Shown: positions 7,768 through 18,827, counted from the stretch's first letter. The stretch: DNA of 64,000 nt from Sulfitobacter sp. (GCF_036961165.1 NZ_JBALVJ010000001.1:76999-140998); one strand, 5' to 3'. Translations and numbers: made by a program. Notes: generated from the sequence alone by a model not told the origin.

Positions 7768-10316
7768 GCGGCGGCAATCCGCGTGAGCATTTCCGTGGTG
7801 TCGCGGCTAAGGTCCGGTGTGTCCAGAATGCGCGCTACCTCTGCCTTGATCAGCGCCTGACGCTCTGCGTCATAGCGTTTCCATGTCTGGAACGCCGAGC
7901 ACATGCGCGCCGTCGTTTGCGGGTTCACCGGATCAAGTTTGATCAGCCAATCCGCTAGCAAACGGTAGCCTGCGCCAGAGGCGTGATGAAACCCTGCGTG
8001 GTTCACAGCAAGGCTACCAAACACCGCGCGGAAGCGGTTCGGGTTTTTCCAGTTGAAATCTGGATGCCCGGTCAGGGCGGCGGCGATCTCATGAGCATCT
8101 TCGGGATCAGCTTCGATCACTTGCAAGCCGAACCACTTATCCATCACCAGACGGTCGTCTTTCCACTGTGCCTCAAACGCCTGTACGGCTGCGTCACCAC
8201 GTCCGGTGCGGATCAGGTTGGCAAGCGCGGCCAGCTGCTGGGTCATGTTATCAGCGCTGTCGTATTGGGCTTTTGCCTGTGCGCCATCGTCGCTGCGGGT
8301 TAGCAGCGACAGGGCGGCATTGCCAAGCGCGCGTTGGCCCGACTGCTGCGCATCGGGTTGGTAGGGCGCCGTGACCTGATTGGCCGCGTAAAGGGCGGGC
8401 AAGAAATCGGACAGCTTTTTCGCCATGGCATCGCGCATCATCTCAAGTGCCGCGTGGATGATGTCAGGTTCGGGCGTGTGCCCCTTATCAGCCAGTGCTG
8501 TGGCCAGGTCAGCCTGTCCGGGCAGCGCCATCATCAGCCTGCGATACGCAGGATCAAGCGTGTCATCAGTGACGACCGCGCGGATACCGCTGAGGTAAGC
8601 GGGATTGGGCCGCGTGCCTTTGAGCATCATGTCCATCAACGTGTTGCGCGCCAATGTCCGCCCGGCCTCCCAACGGTTGAAGCTGTCGGTGTCGTGGGCC
8701 AGCAGATGGGCGCGGGCATCTTCCGACATATCGTGTTCCAGCACGACGGGGGCAGAGAAGCCACGCAGGATGGAGGGAGTGGGCCGTGCGTCGAGACCTT
8801 CAAAGGTGAAGCTCTGGGTGGTCTCGGTCATCTCCAGAATGCGGGTTGGCGCGACCTCTCTGCCATGGGGACCAATCAGGCCGGTTGCAATCGGTATGAC
8901 CTGCGGCAGCGGTTTTGGTGTGGTTGTGCTGGAGGTGAGGTTCTGGCGGAAGGTCAGCGTATAGGTGCTGCCGTTCCAAGCCTCAAATACGCTCACGCGC
9001 GGCGTGCCTGCTTGAGAATACCAGCGCTTGAACTGGGTCAGATCACGGCCTGTGGTGTCCTCGAACACGCGCAGCCAGTCCTCAATCGTGCAGGCCTGAC
9101 CGTCATGGCGGTCAAAATAGAGCGTGACTGCATTGCTATACGCTTGATCGCCGACAAGGGTTTTTAGCATGCGGATGACTTCCGCGCCCTTTTCATAAAC
9201 AGTGGCCGTGTAGAAGTTATTGATCTCCTGAAAACTCTCGGGGCGCACTGGGTGGGCAAGGGGGCCTTGATCTTCTGCGAACTGGCGGCCGCGCAGGTCG
9301 ATTACGTCTTCGATCCGCTTGACCGGCTCTGATCGCATATCAGCAGTGAACTGGCTGTCACGGAATACGGTCAACCCTTCCTTGAGGCACAGCTGGAACC
9401 AGTCACGGCAAGTGATCCGGTTACCGGTCCAGTTGTGGAAATACTCATGCGCGATGATCGCCTCGATCCGCTCGAAGTTGGTGTCGGTAGAGGTCGCTTG
9501 CGAGGCAAGCACGGCGGAGGAGTTGAAGATGTTCAGCCCTTTGTTCTCCATCGCGCCCATGTTGAAATCATCCACCGCAACGATGTTGAACAGGTCTAGA
9601 TCGTATTCGCGGCCGTAGACGTCTTCGTCCCATTTCATGCTGTCCTTGAGCGCCTGCATCCCGAAGGCACATTTGCCCTCATCGCCGGGCCGCACATGAA
9701 GGTTGAGCGCAACATCGCGGCCCGAGCGGGTCGTGAACTGACCTTCATGGGCAATCAGATCGCCTGCCACCAGCGCAAAGAGATAGGCAGGCTTGGGCCA
9801 CGGATCGTGCCACTCTGCGTGATGCTCGGTGGTGCTTACGGGATTGCCGTTGGACAAAAGAATGGGGTGAGGGCCGTCGATGGCGACAGTAAAGACGCTC
9901 ATCACATCGGGGCGATCGGGATAGTAGGTGATTTTGCGAAAGCCCTCGGCCTCGCACTGGGTGCAATACATGCCGTTGGACATATAGAGCCCTTCAAGCG
10001 CGGTGTTGCCTGCGGGATCAATCTCGACCTCGGTCTCCCAGACAAACGGGACATCTGGCACCGGACAGGTCAGCCCGTCAGGGGTGAGCGTCACGTCCAC
10101 GTTCTGGTCGTCGATCTTCGCACTGATCAGCTTGAGCGCTTCACCGTGTAGAAAGAAGGGTTGCGCGGGGGCTTTGGGATCGGGGGAGAAGGTAATCCGG
10201 CTGCGCACGCGGGTGTGATGCGGGTCAAGGGTGAAGTGCAACGCCACGCTTTCTACCTGCCAGCCGAAAGCCGTGTAGTCCTTAAGATAAATCGTCTGCG
10301 GGGCAGCGTCGCGCAT
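7764..10316 (-). CDS. pepN: Aminopeptidase N (M1 family)
   Basis: Motifs GAMENKGLN, HEYFHNWTGNRITCRDWFQLCLKEG and NNFYTATVYEKGAEV; start placed at MRDAAPQTIYL behind a GGAGG ribosome-binding site. Confidence 0.97.
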   Translation of the reverse strand: MRDAAPQTIYLKDYTAFGWQVESVALHFTLDPHHTRVRSRITFSPDPKAPAQPFFLHGEALKLISAKIDDQNVDVTLTPDGLTCPVPDVPFVWETEVEIDPAGNTALEGLYMSNGMYCTQCEAEGFRKITYYPDRPDVMSVFTVAIDGPHPILLSNGNPVSTTEHHAEWHDPWPKPAYLFALVAGDLIAHEGQFTTRSGRDVALNLHVRPGDEGKCAFGMQALKDSMKWDEDVYGREYDLDLFNIVAVDDFNMGAMENKGLNIFNSSAVLASQATSTDTNFERIEAIIAHEYFHNWTGNRITCRDWFQLCLKEGLTVFRDSQFTADMRSEPVKRIEDVIDLRGRQFAEDQGPLAHPVRPESFQEINNFYTATVYEKGAEVIRMLKTLVGDQAYSNAVTLYFDRHDGQACTIEDWLRVFEDTTGRDLTQFKRWYSQAGTPRVSVFEAWNGSTYTLTFRQNLTSSTTTPKPLPQVIPIATGLIGPHGREVAPTRILEMTETTQSFTFEGLDARPTPSILRGFSAPVVLEHDMSEDARAHLLAHDTDSFNRWEAGRTLARNTLMDMMLKGTRPNPAYLSGIRAVVTDDTLDPAYRRLMMALPGQADLATALADKGHTPEPDIIHAALEMMRDAMAKKLSDFLPALYAANQVTAPYQPDAQQSGQRALGNAALSLLTRSDDGAQAKAQYDSADNMTQQLAALANLIRTGRGDAAVQAFEAQWKDDRLVMDKWFGLQVIEADPEDAHEIAAALTGHPDFNWKNPNRFRAVFGSLAVNHAGFHHASGAGYRLLADWLIKLDPVNPQTTARMCSAFQTWKRYDAERQALIKAEVARILDTPDLSRDTTEMLTRIAAA

Positions 10317-10358
10317 GGGGGACCTCCTGAGGTGGACCTGCACGGTCCTGTGTGTTTC

Positions 10359-10383
10359 GGAACCTTATGTCGCAACATACGTT
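10359..10383 (+). promoter_or_regulatory. EcfG-type (general stress ECF sigma) promoter
   Basis: Exact GGAAC-N16-CGTT, 55 nt upstream of the ATG at 10439. Confidence 0.7.
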
Positions 10384-10438
10384 AGGTCTGCAACACCCTG
10401 CCTCCATAGTGGGGGCCAAGCGAATAGGATATTAGATC

Positions 10439-10678
10439 ATGTCAGCACCTGACACAAACATCGACAAGCAAGAGAAACACCACCGTACTTCCCTCTGGGG
10501 GGCAAGGGGCGCGATGGCTTTCGGTGTTTTGATCATGATTGGCGTCGTCGGCTATACCTTTGTCGTCGGAAGCTCTGGGAACGATGGGGAATCCGATGGT
10601 CCTACCGTATCCACCGCACCGACTGACATCTATGCGCCGGGCACTAATTCTTCGGAAACTCCGGCCGCAACGGAATAA
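10439..10678 (+). CDS. Small single-TM hypothetical protein, candidate general-stress protein
   Basis: 79-aa ORF with one TM helix and an acidic Ser/Thr/Pro tail; has its own promoter and terminator. Confidence 0.7.
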   Translation: MSAPDTNIDKQEKHHRTSLWGARGAMAFGVLIMIGVVGYTFVVGSSGNDGESDGPTVSTAPTDIYAPGTNSSETPAATE

Positions 10679-10702
10679 GCTGGTTTATCGAAGCTGCCAG
10701 TT

Positions 10703-10732
10703 AAGGGGCGTCCTAGCGGGGCGTCCTTTTTT
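10703..10732 (+). terminator. Rho-independent terminator
   Basis: GC-rich stem with G-U pairs (AGGGGCGTCC-loop-GGGCGTCCTT) followed by a T run. Confidence 0.6.
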
Positions 10733-10760
10733 ATGGATTGTCGCATAGTAGGGAGAGCCG

Positions 10761-10916
10761 ATGGCCAAGCATGTAAAGAAATCCGATCTGCCGCAGAAAA
10801 TCTGTGTGACCTGTGCAAAGCCTTTCAGCTGGCGCAAAAAATGGGCAGACGTCTGGGAAGAGGTGCGCTATTGCTCGGAGCGGTGCAGGCGCCATCGGGA
10901 TACTACGGCGCAATAA
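10761..10916 (+). CDS. DUF2256 family small cysteine protein (51 aa)
   Basis: Manual translation [51 protein letters not shown]; GGGAG ribosome-binding site; below the ORF-track length cut-off. Confidence 0.85.
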   Translation: MAKHVKKSDLPQKICVTCAKPFSWRKKWADVWEEVRYCSERCRRHRDTTAQ

Positions 10917-10924
10917 GTTGGAGA

Positions 10925-10945
10925 TTGGTAAAGTAATATTACCAA
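10925..10945. promoter_or_regulatory. Candidate operator upstream of glcB
   Basis: TTGGTAA-N7-TTACCAA inverted repeat with a nested perfect palindrome GTAATATTAC. Confidence 0.5.
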
Positions 10946-11036
10946 AACCTCTTGCGAGCAGCTAGGCTTGCTATTATCCCTCGTGAAACGGACTTTCCTA
11001 TCGGAAACTTCGCAAAAGCATAGAGGATGGGATATC

Positions 11037-13166
11037 ATGCAAAGAGTTGATCGCAATGGGCTGCAGGTTGATGCGCAGCTGGCTGATTTTATTGAAAACA
11101 AGGCGCTGAACGGTCTGGATGTCACAGCAGACAGTTTCTGGAGCGGTTTTTCCGAGCTGGTGCATGGTATGGGCCCGAAGAATCGGGCACTTCTGGAAAA
11201 ACGCGAAGAGATCCAGCGCCAGATTGACGGCTGGCACCGTGACCGGCAGGGCAAGGAGCATGATGCAGAAGCTTATACCTCTTTCCTGCGTGACATCGGT
11301 TATTTGGTCCCTGAAGGCGCGCCCTTTGAGATAGAGACGCGCAACGTCGACGCTGAGATCGCCTCTACGCCGGGTCCACAACTGGTGGTGCCGATCACCA
11401 ATGCGCGCTTTGCCCTGAATGCAGCCAACGCGCGCTGGGGCTCTTTGTATGATGCTTTTTACGGCACCGATGCGTTGGGCGATCTGCCTGCCGGCGGCGG
11501 CTATGACGAGGCGCGGGGTGCGCGGGTTGTGGCGCGGGCTAAGGCATTCCTGGACGATGCGGCACCACTGGCCAGCGGCTGCCATACTGATGTGACAGGA
11601 TACAGTGTTGAGAATGGCGCGCTGGTCCCAGCGTTGCGTGATCCGGCGCAGTTTGCGGGCTACACAGGTGATGCTGCGGCACCCTCGGCTATCTTGTTGA
11701 AAAACAACAGCCTGCACATCGAAATCAAAGTCGATGCTACGCACCCGATTGGCAAAACCGATCCTGCGCATGTGTCTGATGTTGTTATGGAGTCCGCGCT
11801 TAGCACGATCATGGATTGCGAAGACAGCGTTGCGGCGGTGGATGCCGAGGACAAAGTCGTCGCCTATGATAACTGGCTGGGCCTTATGCGCGGCGATCTG
11901 GCAGAGAGCTTTGAGAAGGGCGGTAAAACCGTAAACCGCGTGATGAACCCCGACCGCACCTATACGGCACCGGATGGAAGCACCCTGACGCTCAAGGGCC
12001 GCTCGCTGATGTTGATCCGTAACGTCGGCCACCTGATGACCAACCCTGCTGTGCTGGACCGTGACGGGCTGGAAGTGGGCGAGGGTCTTATGGATGCCAT
12101 GATCACAACGCTGATCGCGATGCATGATTTTGCGCGCGTGGGGGGCAATTCGCTGACCGGATCGGTCTATGTGGTGAAGCCTAAGATGCATGGCCCCGAA
12201 GAGGTGGCTTTTGCAGACGAGATCTTCACCCATGTCGAAAAGGCGCTGGGCTTGCCTGCAAACACCGTCAAGCTTGGCATCATGGACGAGGAACGGCGCA
12301 CGTCGGCCAATCTGGGTGAATGTATCCGCGCGGCGAAATCGCGGGTGGCGTTTATCAACACCGGCTTCCTTGATCGCACCGGCGACGAAATCCACACCTC
12401 GATGGAGGCGGGACCGATGGTGCCTAAAGGCGATATGAAATCCTCGGCGTGGATCAGCGCCTATGAGGATCGCAACGTGGATATCGGGCTGGCTTGCGGG
12501 CTTAAAGGTCGTGCACAGATCGGCAAGGGCATGTGGGCCATGCCGGACCGTATGGCAGAGATGATCGAAACAAAGATCGGTCATCCACAAGCGGGCGCCA
12601 CCTGTGCATGGGTGCCATCGCCCACAGCAGCGACATTGCACGCGATGCACTATCACACGGTTGATGTCATGGCGCGTCAGGACGAGATTGCGTCAGGCGG
12701 TCCGCGCGGCACGCTGGAAGACTTGCTGACAATACCGATTCTGGCCGGCCGCAACCTCAGCACGGAAGAGATCGCCCGTGAGATCGAGAACAACGCGCAA
12801 GGCATTCTAGGTTACGTTGTGCGCTGGGTCGATCAGGGTGTTGGCTGCTCAAAAGTGCCTGATATCAATGACGTAGGTCTGATGGAGGACCGCGCAACGT
12901 GCCGCATCTCTGCGCAGGCGCTCGCGAACTGGCTGCATCACGGTGTAATCACCGAAACGCAGTTGATGGCGGGATTGAAGAAGATGGCGGCGGTCGTAGA
13001 CCGGCAGAACGCGGGCGACCCGTTGTATCGGCCAATGGCCCCAGAATTTGACGGGATCGCGTTCAAGGCTGCCTGTGATCTGGTCCTTGAAGGAGCAAGC
13101 CAGCCTTCGGGGTATACGGAACCGGTGCTGCATGCGCGGCGTCTGGAACTGAAGGCCGCTGGCTGA
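11037..13166 (+). CDS. glcB: Malate synthase G
   Basis: Motifs [48 protein letters not shown] and MEDRAT. Confidence 0.97.
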   Translation: MQRVDRNGLQVDAQLADFIENKALNGLDVTADSFWSGFSELVHGMGPKNRALLEKREEIQRQIDGWHRDRQGKEHDAEAYTSFLRDIGYLVPEGAPFEIETRNVDAEIASTPGPQLVVPITNARFALNAANARWGSLYDAFYGTDALGDLPAGGGYDEARGARVVARAKAFLDDAAPLASGCHTDVTGYSVENGALVPALRDPAQFAGYTGDAAAPSAILLKNNSLHIEIKVDATHPIGKTDPAHVSDVVMESALSTIMDCEDSVAAVDAEDKVVAYDNWLGLMRGDLAESFEKGGKTVNRVMNPDRTYTAPDGSTLTLKGRSLMLIRNVGHLMTNPAVLDRDGLEVGEGLMDAMITTLIAMHDFARVGGNSLTGSVYVVKPKMHGPEEVAFADEIFTHVEKALGLPANTVKLGIMDEERRTSANLGECIRAAKSRVAFINTGFLDRTGDEIHTSMEAGPMVPKGDMKSSAWISAYEDRNVDIGLACGLKGRAQIGKGMWAMPDRMAEMIETKIGHPQAGATCAWVPSPTAATLHAMHYHTVDVMARQDEIASGGPRGTLEDLLTIPILAGRNLSTEEIAREIENNAQGILGYVVRWVDQGVGCSKVPDINDVGLMEDRATCRISAQALANWLHHGVITETQLMAGLKKMAAVVDRQNAGDPLYRPMAPEFDGIAFKAACDLVLEGASQPSGYTEPVLHARRLELKAAG

Positions 13167-13244
13167 AGAAATGACGGGACTAAAGGGCGGAGCCTTCAGG
13201 CTTCGCTGGACGCCTATGACTAAGAGAATTATAAGGACGAAGAC

Positions 13245-13670
13245 ATGACAGTATCATTGAGCAAGGCGCGGACAATCATCCGCAAGACGTTTGAAAAAGG
13301 GGCGGAGCTAGGCCTGAAACCTTTGTCAGCCGTTGTGCTGGATGCGGGAGGCCATGTGCAGGCCTTCGAGCGGCAAGATGGCGCAGCACCGGGGCGGTTT
13401 GCGATCGCGCACGGCAAAGCTTACGGCGCTGTCATGTTGGGAATGGCAGGCACGGCGCAGATGGCGCGTGCCGAGCAGCAAGCCTACTTCATGGCGGCAG
13501 TGAATGGCGTTTTTGGTGGTCAGGTCATTCCGGTACCGGGCGGGGTGCTGTTGCGCTCGTCCAAGGGTGATGTGATCGGGGCTGTCGGTGTGACGGGGGA
13601 TACCTCGGATAATGACGCGATTGCAGCGATGGCGGGAATTGACGCTGCCAAGCTGATTGGCGAAATCTGA
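13245..13670 (+). CDS. glcG: GlcG/HbpS family heme-binding protein
   Basis: Motifs AVVLDAGG and GGVLL...IGAVGVTGDTSDND; lies directly after glcB. Confidence 0.85.
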   Translation: MTVSLSKARTIIRKTFEKGAELGLKPLSAVVLDAGGHVQAFERQDGAAPGRFAIAHGKAYGAVMLGMAGTAQMARAEQQAYFMAAVNGVFGGQVIPVPGGVLLRSSKGDVIGAVGVTGDTSDNDAIAAMAGIDAAKLIGEI

Positions 13671-13689
13671 GCGACTGCTTATTAAAGTA

Positions 13690-13720
13690 GCGCGAATGCT
13701 TGTAATGCAGGCATTCGCGC
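13690..13720. terminator. Hairpin after glcG, possible terminator
   Basis: GCGCGAATGC...GCATTCGCGC, perfect 10-bp arms; no clear U tract. Confidence 0.4.
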
Positions 13721-13793
13721 GAATGTGGTGTTGAGGCATCATCCGAACCTCGTTAGTCTCCGATCAATCACTTTGATCACGGAGCTCTACAAT

Positions 13794-14573
13794 ATGGGTC
13801 GGCCTGTTATTGGAATTATCGGCAATAGTCATGTCTTGAACGAGCAATATCTTGTCCATGCAGGCGGGATGATGAACAGTCAGGCCGTGGCACAAGTGGC
13901 GGGATGTATGCCTCTTCTGGTTCCATCCGATCCGGCGCTGGTATCCGTCGGTGAGCTGATGGACTGCTGTGACGGGTTCTTGTTGACCGGCGGGCGGCCT
14001 AACGTCCACCCCGAAGAATACGGTGAGGAAGAGACCGAAGCGCATGGTGCATTCGACCGTGCGCGTGACGCTCTGGTTTTGGCGTTGACGCGTGCTTGTG
14101 TCGACGCGGGGCAGCCTATTTTCGGAATTTGTCGTGGCTTTCAAGAAGTGAATGTGGCCATGGGGGGATCGCTTTATCCTGAAATCCGTGAGCTGCCGGG
14201 CCGCATGAACCACCGTATGCCGCCAGAAGGAACGCTCGAAGAAAAGTTCGAGCTGCGCCATGATGTGCGTTTCACATCAGGTGGCGTTTTCCACAAGGTA
14301 ATGGGTGCGGAAGTTGTGCGCACCAACACATTGCACGGGCAGGGGATAAAGGTTGCGGGGCCGCGTATTGTGGTGGATGGCTATGCCGAGGACGGCACAC
14401 CCGAAGCGATCTACGTCGACGGCGCGCCTGGCTTTACCCTCGCGGTGCAGTGGCACCCGGAATATGAGGCGGCAAAAGATCCGGTCTCACGTCCCTTGTT
14501 TGAAGCGTTTGGAAAAGCAGCACATGACTGGGCTGCAGGCGCGCGTCCTGCAACGCTGGCACGCGCTGTATGA
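13794..14573 (+). CDS. Gamma-glutamyl-gamma-aminobutyrate hydrolase (PuuD/peptidase C26) family protein
   Basis: Motifs LLTGG, GICRGFQE and QWHPE (class I glutamine amidotransferase triad). Confidence 0.85.
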   Translation: MGRPVIGIIGNSHVLNEQYLVHAGGMMNSQAVAQVAGCMPLLVPSDPALVSVGELMDCCDGFLLTGGRPNVHPEEYGEEETEAHGAFDRARDALVLALTRACVDAGQPIFGICRGFQEVNVAMGGSLYPEIRELPGRMNHRMPPEGTLEEKFELRHDVRFTSGGVFHKVMGAEVVRTNTLHGQGIKVAGPRIVVDGYAEDGTPEAIYVDGAPGFTLAVQWHPEYEAAKDPVSRPLFEAFGKAAHDWAAGARPATLARAV

Positions 14574-14648
14574 ATTCAGAAGGACGAAGCGTGATCACCG
14601 GCATCAAAGCAAGATGATGCCGGTGATTTTTTTGAGCAGGCTTGGGGG

Positions 14649-15401
14649 CTACATCATGCCGCCAGCGATTTCGATGCTTTGACCGTTGATGCTGCCTGAA
14701 TCCGGCCCCACCAACCAAGCGGCCGCTGCGGAAACTTCTTCTACCGTTATCAGGCGCTTGTGGCGGTTTGCTTTTACCATCATGTCGCGCGCAGCATCTG
14801 TTGAGATGCCCGCCCGCTCCGAGATGGACTTGGTGTTGCGGCTGATGATTTCGGTATCCACATAGCCCGGGCAGAGTGAATTGAAGGTATAGGGCTTGCC
14901 CATATATTCTTCGCTCAGCGACCGGATCAGGCCGATCATGCCGTGCTTGGACGCGGAATAGCACGCAGCCCCGGGCAGGCCTTTCAGACCAGCCATAGAT
15001 GAAACGGCAACGACGCGGCCCCAGTCTGTGCTGAGCATGCCGGGCAGACACTCGCGGATGGTCAGGAATGCGCCATCAAGGTTGGTGGCCATCATGTCAC
15101 GCCAGAATGTCATGTCTGTTTTATGAGCAGCTTTGCCTGTCGCAAGGCCCGCATTCGGGACACAGATCTGGATCGGGCCGCGCGCAGCGACGGCTGCGGC
15201 AATCTTGGATACAACATCATCTTCGTTGCGCACATCCATCGCCATAGCGGTCATGCCTTCAGTGGCGACTTCTTCCAGCACCTCCTGCCGGCGACCGGTG
15301 ATGGTCACATGTGCACCCTGCGCCACCAGCATCTTTGCGATGGCCAGCCCGATGCCCGTACCGCCACCGGTAATAAGCGCGTGTTTTCCGTTAAGTGTCA
15401 T
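14649..15401 (-). CDS. SDR family oxidoreductase
   Basis: Motifs TGGGTGIG, YSASKHG and CPGYVDT; start MTLNGK behind a GGAGG ribosome-binding site. Confidence 0.9.
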   Translation of the reverse strand: MTLNGKHALITGGGTGIGLAIAKMLVAQGAHVTITGRRQEVLEEVATEGMTAMAMDVRNEDDVVSKIAAAVAARGPIQICVPNAGLATGKAAHKTDMTFWRDMMATNLDGAFLTIRECLPGMLSTDWGRVVAVSSMAGLKGLPGAACYSASKHGMIGLIRSLSEEYMGKPYTFNSLCPGYVDTEIISRNTKSISERAGISTDAARDMMVKANRHKRLITVEEVSAAAAWLVGPDSGSINGQSIEIAGGMM

Positions 15402-15723
15402 TGATATCCTCCTGTTTTTCCGGAGCTTAGGGCGGGGTCGGCAGCGCCGATAGGGGGCGCGCGTTTTACGTAACGGCATACGAGTGATTCTAATTTGAGC
15501 CACCGCAGCATTGTTGCGTGGGTTTGTTGGTACGCGAAATTTTGTTTCAAGGTCAGAATCCTGAAATTTCCTGCCGAAAATCTTCCCGACAACCGAAAAA
15601 AGGCGCAAAACCCTGCGTCTTATGTAGGGCGGGCGCTTGTTTGTCAGTAATCTGCGGGGTAGGTCAAATGATAATCTGCGACACGCCAGTTTCGGCACCA
15701 AACGCAAATTTGGGAGATTTTGA

Positions 15724-17298
15724 GTGAAGATCGGGACACCTAAAGAGGTATTCGAAGGCGAGCGCCGCGTGGCGATGACGCCAGACAGTGCTCTGCAATT
15801 GCAAAAACTTGGGCACGAGTGCCTCATTGAAACCGGTGCGGGAGCGGCATCAGGGTTCGACGATGCGTCCTACACGGATGCGGGAGTGACTGTGGTCAAG
15901 ACCGCTGCAGCCCTGTGGAAAGAGGCGGATGTCGTCGCAAAAGTGCGCGTGCCCAACACCACAGAAATGAAAAAACTGCGCGAAGGACAGACGCTGGTCT
16001 CGTTCTTCAGCCCTGTGGCTGATAAAGCTAAGATGAAGGCGGCGGCCAAAAAGGGCGCCACGGTTGTCGCGATGGAGATGATCCCGCGCATCAGCCGTGC
16101 CCAGAAGATGGATGCGCTGTCCTCTATGGCCAATATCGCGGGTTACCGCGCGGTGATCGAGGCGGGCAACAACTTTGGCCGCTTCTTTACCGGTCAGATT
16201 ACGGCTGCGGGCAAGGTGCCTCCGGCGAAGGTGCTGGTTGTGGGGGCGGGCGTTGCCGGTCTGGCCGCGATCGGGACAGCCACCAGCCTTGGTGCGATCA
16301 CGTTGGCATTCGACGTGCGGCCCGAAGTGGCTGAACAAGTTGAGTCAATGGGCGCTGAATTCGTCTACCTCGATTTCGAAGAAGAGCAGACAGACGGCGC
16401 CGCAACAGGCGGTTACGCCTCTGTTTCAAGCCCCGAGTTCCGCGAAGCGCAGCTGGCCAAGTTCCGTGAGCTTGCGCCCGAAGTGGACATCGTGATCACA
16501 ACCGCGCTGATCCCCAACCGCGAAGCGCCAGAGCTGTGGACCGAAGACATGGTTGCGGCGATGAAGCCCGGCTCTGTTATCGTCGATCTGGCGGCTGAAA
16601 AGGGCGGCAACTGCAAGCTCACCGTCATGGACGAGAAGATCGTGACCGAAAATGGCGTGACCATCGTCGGCTATACTGACTTCCCAAGCCGGATGAGCGC
16701 GCAAGCATCGACGCTGTATTCGACAAATATCCGCCATCTGATGACGGATCTGACGCCGGAAAAAGACGGCGTTATCAATCACAACATGGAAGATGACGTG
16801 ATCCGCGGGGCAACCATTGCCCATGCAAACGCCGTCACGTTCCCGCCGCCACCTCCAAAAGTGGCCGCGATTGCAGCAGCGCCCAAAAAGCCGGCAGTGA
16901 AAGAGCTGACAGCGGAAGAAAAACGCGCAGTCGAGACGGCAGCGTTCAAGGCGCAGACCAAAAATCAGGCGATCCTGCTGGGTGTCGGTGGTGCGTTGTT
17001 GCTGGCCGTGGGTCTCGTCGCCCCGGCAAGCTTTATGCAGCACTTTATCGTGTTTGTTCTGTCTGTGTTTATCGGTTTCCAGGTTATTTGGGGCGTGGCG
17101 CACAGCCTGCACACACCGCTGATGGCTGTGACCAATGCGATCTCCTCGATCATCATTCTGGGCGCGCTGATGCAGATCGGTTCTGCCTCCTTCCTTGTGA
17201 TCTTACTTGCTGCCTTGTCCCTGTTTATGTGCGGGATCAACATTTTCGGTGGCTTCCTCGTGACACGGCGCATGCTCGCCATGTTCCAGAAATCTTAA
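15724..17298 (+). CDS. pntA: NAD(P) transhydrogenase subunit alpha
   Basis: Motifs [32 protein letters not shown] and [13 protein letters not shown]; GTG start. Confidence 0.97.
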   Translation: MKIGTPKEVFEGERRVAMTPDSALQLQKLGHECLIETGAGAASGFDDASYTDAGVTVVKTAAALWKEADVVAKVRVPNTTEMKKLREGQTLVSFFSPVADKAKMKAAAKKGATVVAMEMIPRISRAQKMDALSSMANIAGYRAVIEAGNNFGRFFTGQITAAGKVPPAKVLVVGAGVAGLAAIGTATSLGAITLAFDVRPEVAEQVESMGAEFVYLDFEEEQTDGAATGGYASVSSPEFREAQLAKFRELAPEVDIVITTALIPNREAPELWTEDMVAAMKPGSVIVDLAAEKGGNCKLTVMDEKIVTENGVTIVGYTDFPSRMSAQASTLYSTNIRHLMTDLTPEKDGVINHNMEDDVIRGATIAHANAVTFPPPPPKVAAIAAAPKKPAVKELTAEEKRAVETAAFKAQTKNQAILLGVGGALLLAVGLVAPASFMQHFIVFVLSVFIGFQVIWGVAHSLHTPLMAVTNAISSIIILGALMQIGSASFLVILLAALSLFMCGINIFGGFLVTRRMLAMFQKS

Positions 17299-17311
17299 GG
17301 GAGCGCGGATC

Positions 17312-18751
17312 ATGGATTTTGGTTTCACAACAGCGGCCTATGTGGTCTCAGCTATCCTCTTCATCCTCTCGTTGGGTGGACTGAGCGGGCAAGAAAGCGC
17401 CAAGCGCGCGGTTTGGTACGGCATTGTCGGTATGGCTTTGGCCGTGGCGGCAACGCTGATTGGCCCCGGTTCGGGCTTCTGGCTGCTGTCGATCATCCTG
17501 ATCGCGGGCGGCGGTGCAATCGGGTACCAACTGGCGACACGGGTTCAGATGACTCAGATGCCAGAGCTGGTTGCAGCGATGCACAGCCTTGTCGGTCTGG
17601 CAGCGGTTTTCGTTGGTCTGATCGCACACTTCGAGATGGGCCGCGTGGCGGATTTCGTCGCAAGCGGCAGCGACATCAAAGAGCTGGGCACGTTCGCAGC
17701 ACTTATTGCCAAGAAATCGGCGGTAGAGCTTAACATCCTGCGGGTAGAGCTGTTCCTTGGTGTCTTCATCGGTGCGGTGACCTTCACGGGTTCTGTGATT
17801 GCCTATGGCAAGCTGGCGGGCCGTGTAACTTCTACGGCGGAAAAGCTGCCGGGCGGTCACCTGCTGAATGCGACGGCTGCTGGTATCTCTCTGATCTCGC
17901 TGGTTTGGTACTTTAACACGGGTGGTTTCTTCCCGCTGTTCATCATGACACTGGCGGCGCTGTTCATCGGCTACCACCTGATCATGGGGATCGGCGGCGC
18001 GGATATGCCGGTGGTTGTCTCGATGCTGAACTCGTATTCGGGTTGGGCTGCGGCGGCGATTGGCTTCTCACTTGGCAACGATCTGCTGATCGTTGTGGGC
18101 GCGTTGGTAGGTTCATCTGGTGCGATCCTATCCTACATCATGTGTAAGGCGATGAACCGTTCATTCGTTTCCGTTATCCTTGGTGGCTTTGGCGGTCCTG
18201 CGGGCGACCAGATGGCCGTTGAAGGTGAGCAGATCGCGATTGAGGCAGAAGGTGTTGCAGCGGCCCTTAACGAAGCTGACAGCGTCATCATCATCCCCGG
18301 TTACGGTATGGCGGTTGCTCAGGCACAAAGCGGTGTTGCCGAACTGGTGCGCAAGCTGCGTGCAAAGGGTAAGAAAGTGCGTTTCGCCATTCACCCCGTT
18401 GCGGGGCGTCTGCCGGGCCACATGAACGTGCTGCTGGCGGAGGCCAAAGTGCCTTATGACATCGTGATGGAGATGGACGAGATCAACGAAGATTTCCCCA
18501 CCACCGACGTGGCGATTGTTATTGGCTCCAACGACATCGTGAACCCCGCTGCACAGGATGATCCCAACAGCCCCATCGCCGGTATGCCGGTTCTGGAATG
18601 TTGGAAGGCCAAGCAGGTGTTTGTCTCCAAGCGCGGTCAGGGCACCGGATACTCCGGCATCGAGAACCCGCTGTTCTACAAAGAGAACACGCGCATGTTC
18701 TATGGCGATGCAAAGGCCTCTTTGGACAAACTTCTGCCGATGATCGACTAA
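17312..18751 (+). CDS. pntB: NAD(P) transhydrogenase subunit beta
   Basis: Motifs [30 protein letters not shown] and [18 protein letters not shown]. Confidence 0.97.
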   Translation: MDFGFTTAAYVVSAILFILSLGGLSGQESAKRAVWYGIVGMALAVAATLIGPGSGFWLLSIILIAGGGAIGYQLATRVQMTQMPELVAAMHSLVGLAAVFVGLIAHFEMGRVADFVASGSDIKELGTFAALIAKKSAVELNILRVELFLGVFIGAVTFTGSVIAYGKLAGRVTSTAEKLPGGHLLNATAAGISLISLVWYFNTGGFFPLFIMTLAALFIGYHLIMGIGGADMPVVVSMLNSYSGWAAAAIGFSLGNDLLIVVGALVGSSGAILSYIMCKAMNRSFVSVILGGFGGPAGDQMAVEGEQIAIEAEGVAAALNEADSVIIIPGYGMAVAQAQSGVAELVRKLRAKGKKVRFAIHPVAGRLPGHMNVLLAEAKVPYDIVMEMDEINEDFPTTDVAIVIGSNDIVNPAAQDDPNSPIAGMPVLECWKAKQVFVSKRGQGTGYSGIENPLFYKENTRMFYGDAKASLDKLLPMID

Positions 18752-18790
18752 GGCCGACGATTTATCGTAAATCGGTGAACACATAATCTG

Positions 18791-18827
18791 AAACGCCCTG
18801 CTGCAAACAGCGGGGCGTTTTGCTTTT
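18791..18827 (+). terminator. Rho-independent terminator after pntB
   Basis: AAACGCCCTGCTG-caaa-CAGCGGGGCGTTT followed by a T-rich tail. Confidence 0.75.

Noticed and set aside
10998-12656. 552-aa antisense ORF opposite glcB
   Set aside because: Same antisense shadow effect; the translation is not protein-like. The ORFs at 59910-61325, 27356-28327 and 8334-9167 were rejected for the same reason.
15464-15478. TTTACGTAAC resembles half of a LiuR site upstream of an SDR gene
   Set aside because: The second half-site is missing, so a chance match is likely.
18754-18775. Overlapping short palindromes (CGATTTA-tcg-TAAATCG) right after the pntB stop
   Set aside because: Short and AT-rich, with a better terminator just downstream; no function can be argued.
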